Assembly (NCBI GenBank): GCA_036525815.1
Contig: DATCZQ010000184.1
Coordinates: forward strand, 39,803-103,802
Origin: Yeosuana sp.
Lineage (GTDB): Bacteria > Bacteroidota > Bacteroidia > Flavobacteriales > Flavobacteriaceae
Direction: 5' to 3'
Length of the DNA: 64,000 nt
In this document: positions 60,253 through 64,000 of the stretch, in pieces
Layout of the letters: each line of letters starts with the position of its first letter
Position numbering within the stretch: position 1 is the stretch's first letter
Translations under genes and position numbers: made by a program
Notes under the pieces: generated by a model
What the model was told of the DNA's origin: nothing
What the model saw: the letters and a program-made list of their open reading frames with translations, nothing else
The model's database searches: none

Positions 60253-62514
60253 ATGCGAAAACTAACTCTAATTTTAATTTTAGTCTGGTTTACTCCAATT
60301 GCTTTAGCACAAGGTAACATGGATTCTATTCGGATAAATCAAATTAAAAAAGAAAAGCTATACCAAATAGAGCAATGGGAAAATCAGATTGAAAGCGCCA
60401 GAAAGAATGGTGATTTATCCACAGAAATGAATGTTATGATGGAGTTGATCTCTGTTGAGCTAAATGATTTTGCAGATTACTCAAGCGCTTATGAAGATAT
60501 GCGTTACCTAGAAAAGTTAGTAGCTAACAACCCAAATGAACCGGCTATAATACAAATAGAAGCACAACTGAATGTTTTTTTAGGATGGATATTGAATGAT
60601 CAAGACAATTTGGAAGAAGCACTATACCATTATGAGAAAGCTCTGATGCTTGCTAAAAAGTATAATAAAACTGAATTTTACAAAAAAGTGAGTTGTGATA
60701 GAGCCCAATTACTTGCTAGAATCGGAAGAAGAGAAGAAGGTGTCAACTATTTAAGAAAATTGGAAAAAGAAGCCATTTTAAGTAAGGATTCTATTTTTAG
60801 AAATAGATTTTATGAGGTTATGGCTACTTTTTATTTTAATGAAAAAAAAATAGACTCTTCTTTATTTTATTCTAAAAAAAGTATTGATGACTTTTCTCCA
60901 TCGAATCAAAGAGTATTTCGCCTAATTCTTGTCGGAAGGTGTTTTTTTATTTTGGAAAAGGAAATGGACTCTGTTATTTATTATGGAGAAAAGGGATTGA
61001 AAATAGCCTTAGAATCAGGTCTAGAAAAGGAACAAAAATATGCATATGACCTTTTAAGGGAAACATATCACAAATTAGGAAACGATAAAAAAGCATATTA
61101 TTATTTTGAAAAATTTTATCAGCTGGAGCAAAAACAAAAATCTTTTGGAAATGCCCTACGCATTGGGAAAATAAATCTTCAAAGTGAAAGACAAGAGGCT
61201 AGTATCCGACAAGCTCTGGCTTCACAAAAATTATCCAATCAAAGATTGATTATTTGGATAGTTTCGATTACTCTATTGCTTTTGGCGATTGGATTGTTTT
61301 ACATTTTTAACCGTTTAAGATTAATTCAAAGCCAAAATAAAATTATAGCCCAGGAAAAACTTCGTGCCGAGCAATCTGAACGTTATAAAGAACAGTTTCT
61401 CGCTAACATGAGTCATGAAATACGCACGCCCATGCATGCTATTTCTGGTATGCTAAACTCATTACGTCGGCAACCACATCCAGAATCACAGAATGATTTT
61501 CTTAATGCTATGAAAATTAGTGCCGATAATCTTCTGGTACTGCTTAATGATGTGCTCGACATGTCGAAAATAGAATCAGGTAATTTGGATATTGAGCAGG
61601 TTAACATGAGTGCAAAGGTATCTCTTGAACAGGTTGTTGCAGTTTGTAAGTATAAAGCAGAGGAAAAAGGACTAGAACTAAAAATGAATATTAGCCCTGA
61701 TTTTCCAGATACTATTATTGGTGATCCGGACAGGTTACATCAAATATTAATGAATTTGTTGAGTAATGCTATAAAATTTACTGAAAAGGGATATGTTGAG
61801 ATCAACCTGTCACAAAAGGATGATAATTTAAGATTTACAATAAAAGATACCGGCATAGGTATATCAAGCAATCAAAAGGAACTCATATTTGATTCATTTA
61901 AACAAGGAAAAAGCAAATCAAAAGGAAAGTTTGGCGGTACGGGGCTGGGACTTACTATTAGTAAGCAACTTATTGAATTACAAGGAGGTAAAATGTGGGT
62001 GGAAAGTGAGGAAGATAAAGGCAGTATATTTTATGTTGAATTGCCTTTAATCGTTGGTGAGAAAACTGAGGCCACTGAGAAATTGGTAGGGGTGTCTGAG
62101 TTGAAATCCTTGGGAAATGCATTAAAAGGATTGAGGGTTCTTGTCGCGGAAGACAATGAGTTTAATGTCATGGTTATAAAAGATGATCTCACTTGGTATA
62201 TTCCTGAGGTAAAAATGACCGTTGCTGAAAATGGGAAATTGGCTTTTGAGACCTTTAAAAAGTTCGATTTTGATATCATTTTAATGGATGTTCAGATGCC
62301 GGAGGTGGATGGTTATAAAGCTACCAGAAAAATAAGGAAGTTTGAGAAAGACAATAACATCATAAAGCCAATAGCCATTGTAGCAATGACAGCAAGTTTG
62401 CTTAAAAATCAAATAGATAAATGTTATAAGGCCGGTATGGATGCTTATATTCCTAAACCCTACAAAGCAGAAGATTTAATAAATACTTTAATTAAGGTAA
62501 CACAAGGCGTATAA
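60253..62514 (+). CDS. hybrid sensor histidine kinase (TPR sensor, TM, HisKA, HATPase, REC)
   Basis: signal peptide from ATG 60253; MSHEIRTPM, NLLSNAIKFT, DTGIGI, GGTGLGL, AEDNE, LMDVQM. Confidence 0.94.
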   Translation: MRKLTLILILVWFTPIALAQGNMDSIRINQIKKEKLYQIEQWENQIESARKNGDLSTEMNVMMELISVELNDFADYSSAYEDMRYLEKLVANNPNEPAIIQIEAQLNVFLGWILNDQDNLEEALYHYEKALMLAKKYNKTEFYKKVSCDRAQLLARIGRREEGVNYLRKLEKEAILSKDSIFRNRFYEVMATFYFNEKKIDSSLFYSKKSIDDFSPSNQRVFRLILVGRCFFILEKEMDSVIYYGEKGLKIALESGLEKEQKYAYDLLRETYHKLGNDKKAYYYFEKFYQLEQKQKSFGNALRIGKINLQSERQEASIRQALASQKLSNQRLIIWIVSITLLLLAIGLFYIFNRLRLIQSQNKIIAQEKLRAEQSERYKEQFLANMSHEIRTPMHAISGMLNSLRRQPHPESQNDFLNAMKISADNLLVLLNDVLDMSKIESGNLDIEQVNMSAKVSLEQVVAVCKYKAEEKGLELKMNISPDFPDTIIGDPDRLHQILMNLLSNAIKFTEKGYVEINLSQKDDNLRFTIKDTGIGISSNQKELIFDSFKQGKSKSKGKFGGTGLGLTISKQLIELQGGKMWVESEEDKGSIFYVELPLIVGEKTEATEKLVGVSELKSLGNALKGLRVLVAEDNEFNVMVIKDDLTWYIPEVKMTVAENGKLAFETFKKFDFDIILMDVQMPEVDGYKATRKIRKFEKDNNIIKPIAIVAMTASLLKNQIDKCYKAGMDAYIPKPYKAEDLINTLIKVTQGV

Positions 62515-62554
62515 TTTAAAAGAGCATACATGCACTTATATTTTAATAATCTGT

Positions 62555-62562
62555 TATTTTTG
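62555..62562 (+). promoter_or_regulatory. -7 promoter box
   Basis: TATTTTTG, 20 nt upstream of the ATG at 62583. Confidence 0.55.
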
Positions 62563-62582
62563 CTGGCTAAGCCAACAATTTA

Positions 62583-63683
62583 ATGAGGTTATTATGCGCA
62601 CTAGTTTTTTGTTTATTATTTGGGATCTGTTTTTCTCAAGAAAAACAGTATGCGTCCTCTTTTGATGTTAACTATTTTAAAGGAAATATTACACTTCATA
62701 ACAATGATATTTTACATTTAATAACGGGTCATCCTGAAGGCGTTATTTTAAGCTGGAATAAAAAGACCTATGGTTTTAAGGAATGGGAACAGCGGTTTAA
62801 CTATCCAGATTATGGGGTCTCATTTGCTTATCAGAATTTAAAAAATGATGTTTTAGGAAATAACTATTCTTTATACGGACATTATAATTTTTATTTTCTA
62901 AAAAGAAATTTAATGTTCCGCATAGGTCAGGGATTAGCATTAACTACTAATCCTTATAACAGAGAAACCAACTACAGAAATAATGCCTTTGGCTCTAAAA
63001 TAATGAGCGCCACTTATATAATGCTTAATTATAAAAAGGAACATATTTTTGATCGGTTTGGTTTGCAGACAGGTTTTTCATTTTTACATTATTCAAATGC
63101 CAGTGTAAAATCACCAAATAAGAGTATTAATTCCGTAACCCTTAATTTAGGACTTATCTATAATTTGGATGAAGAGGAACCAGAATATGTATTATTAGAG
63201 AGCTCAGAAATACATAAAAAATTCAAAGAACCCATTAAATACAATCTTATTTTTAGAAGTGGCATTAATGAGAGCGATGTGGTTGGCAGTGGTCAATTTC
63301 CATTTTACGTCGTTTCGGCTTATGCCGATAAACGCCTCAATAGAAAAAGTGCTTTTCAGTTTGGTACAGATATCTTCTTTTCTGATTTTTTAAAGGAATA
63401 TATTTATTATAGATCTGTTTCTTTTCCTGAAGAAGCAACTACTGGAGATGAAGATTATAAGCGTGTTGGTTTGGTGGTTGGACATGAACTCTTCGTAAAT
63501 AAGATGTCATTAATAACTCAGTTAGGATATTACGTGTATTACCCATTTGATTTTGAAGGAAGAACTTATATTCGAATTGGTTTAAAGCACTATTTTGGAA
63601 AAAAATGGTTTGGAGCAGTAAGCTTAAAATCTCATGCAGCAAAGGCAGAAGCGGTTGAATTAGGAGTTGGGGTTAGATTATGA
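62583..63683 (+). CDS. acyloxyacyl hydrolase / PagL-like outer-membrane beta-barrel
   Basis: signal peptide, alternating beta strands, HYSNA (HxS) catalytic motif. Confidence 0.75.
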   Translation: MRLLCALVFCLLFGICFSQEKQYASSFDVNYFKGNITLHNNDILHLITGHPEGVILSWNKKTYGFKEWEQRFNYPDYGVSFAYQNLKNDVLGNNYSLYGHYNFYFLKRNLMFRIGQGLALTTNPYNRETNYRNNAFGSKIMSATYIMLNYKKEHIFDRFGLQTGFSFLHYSNASVKSPNKSINSVTLNLGLIYNLDEEEPEYVLLESSEIHKKFKEPIKYNLIFRSGINESDVVGSGQFPFYVVSAYADKRLNRKSAFQFGTDIFFSDFLKEYIYYRSVSFPEEATTGDEDYKRVGLVVGHELFVNKMSLITQLGYYVYYPFDFEGRTYIRIGLKHYFGKKWFGAVSLKSHAAKAEAVELGVGVRL

Positions 63684-64000
63684 AGAAATTATTTTACATA
63701 ACTATAGTAGTTTTATTATTTTCATGTCATGGTGAAAATGCTGGGGATTGTTTTCAAACAACTGGAAATATTATTCAACAAGAAGTAGCTTTAGATGCAT
63801 TTGACAAAATTTTGGTGAACAGAGATGTTGAATTAATATTAAAAGTTGGCAATAAGCAAAAGGTGGTAATTGAAACAGGAAAAAATTTATTAAATGATGT
63901 TGAAGCCATTGTAGCCGACAGTCAATTGATTTTAAGTGATAATAACAGTTGTAATTATATGCGTGAGTATGGCATTACAAAAGTATATGTTACTTCGCCA
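63680..64000 (+). CDS. DUF2807 (head GIN domain) lipoprotein, truncated by the window end
   Basis: MKKLFYITIVVLLFSC lipobox; FDKILV..VELIL..VVIETGKNLL..V..L.L pattern; open to 64000. Confidence 0.75.
   Translation, partial: MKKLFYITIVVLLFSCHGENAGDCFQTTGNIIQQEVALDAFDKILVNRDVELILKVGNKQKVVIETGKNLLNDVEAIVADSQLILSDNNSCNYMREYGITKVYVTSP

Noticed and set aside
763-63642. The many 60-140 aa ORFs antisense to or nested in long genes (e.g. 763-1077, 7619-7930, 24940-25260, 35066-35410, 53880-54308)
   Set aside because: They shadow well-supported conserved genes, show no recognisable motifs, and are expected by chance.
1-64000. Mobile elements, prophage, CRISPR arrays, tRNA and rRNA genes
   Set aside because: No transposase, integrase or phage ORFs, no regularly spaced repeats, and no tRNA- or rRNA-like segments were seen; intergenic regions are short and mostly accounted for.

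Overview
AT-rich chromosomal window from a Bacteroidota (most likely Flavobacteriaceae) genome. This is inferred from TTTG/TAnnTTTG promoters, A-rich starts without Shine-Dalgarno sites, SAM-I riboswitches, a split MetH and DUF1080 genes. Most of it is an amino-acid biosynthesis supercluster: ilvDBNC, a nine-gene arg/proC operon, leuA-leuB, and about 21 kb of met/cys genes with two SAM-I riboswitches and an Rrf2 regulator. Inserted in it are gapN and an azurin, a roughly 13 kb island for oxidative (3-ketoglycoside type) glycoside breakdown, a SET/acyltransferase/DoxX islet, and an Hpt-LytTR-hybrid kinase phosphorelay with a divergent unknown lipoprotein. I saw no rRNA, tRNA, CRISPR array, transposase, integrase or prophage gene. 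The best candidate for an undescribed system is missing from the ORF track: a 24-codon Arg-rich leader peptide (21583-21657, ending in three tandem CGC codons) plus structured leader RNA upstream of the arg operon, suggesting ribosome-mediated arginine attenuation. Other leads are an Fe-S-free CysH that may use APS with no cysC nearby, a probable N-succinyl arginine pathway with a GNAT as first enzyme, a MetX-aspartokinase-homoserine dehydrogenase fusion hinging on an A8 run, an Rrf2 operator, and azurin as a possible electron acceptor for a glucoside 3-dehydrogenase. Family assignments come from motif recognition only; no searches were run.
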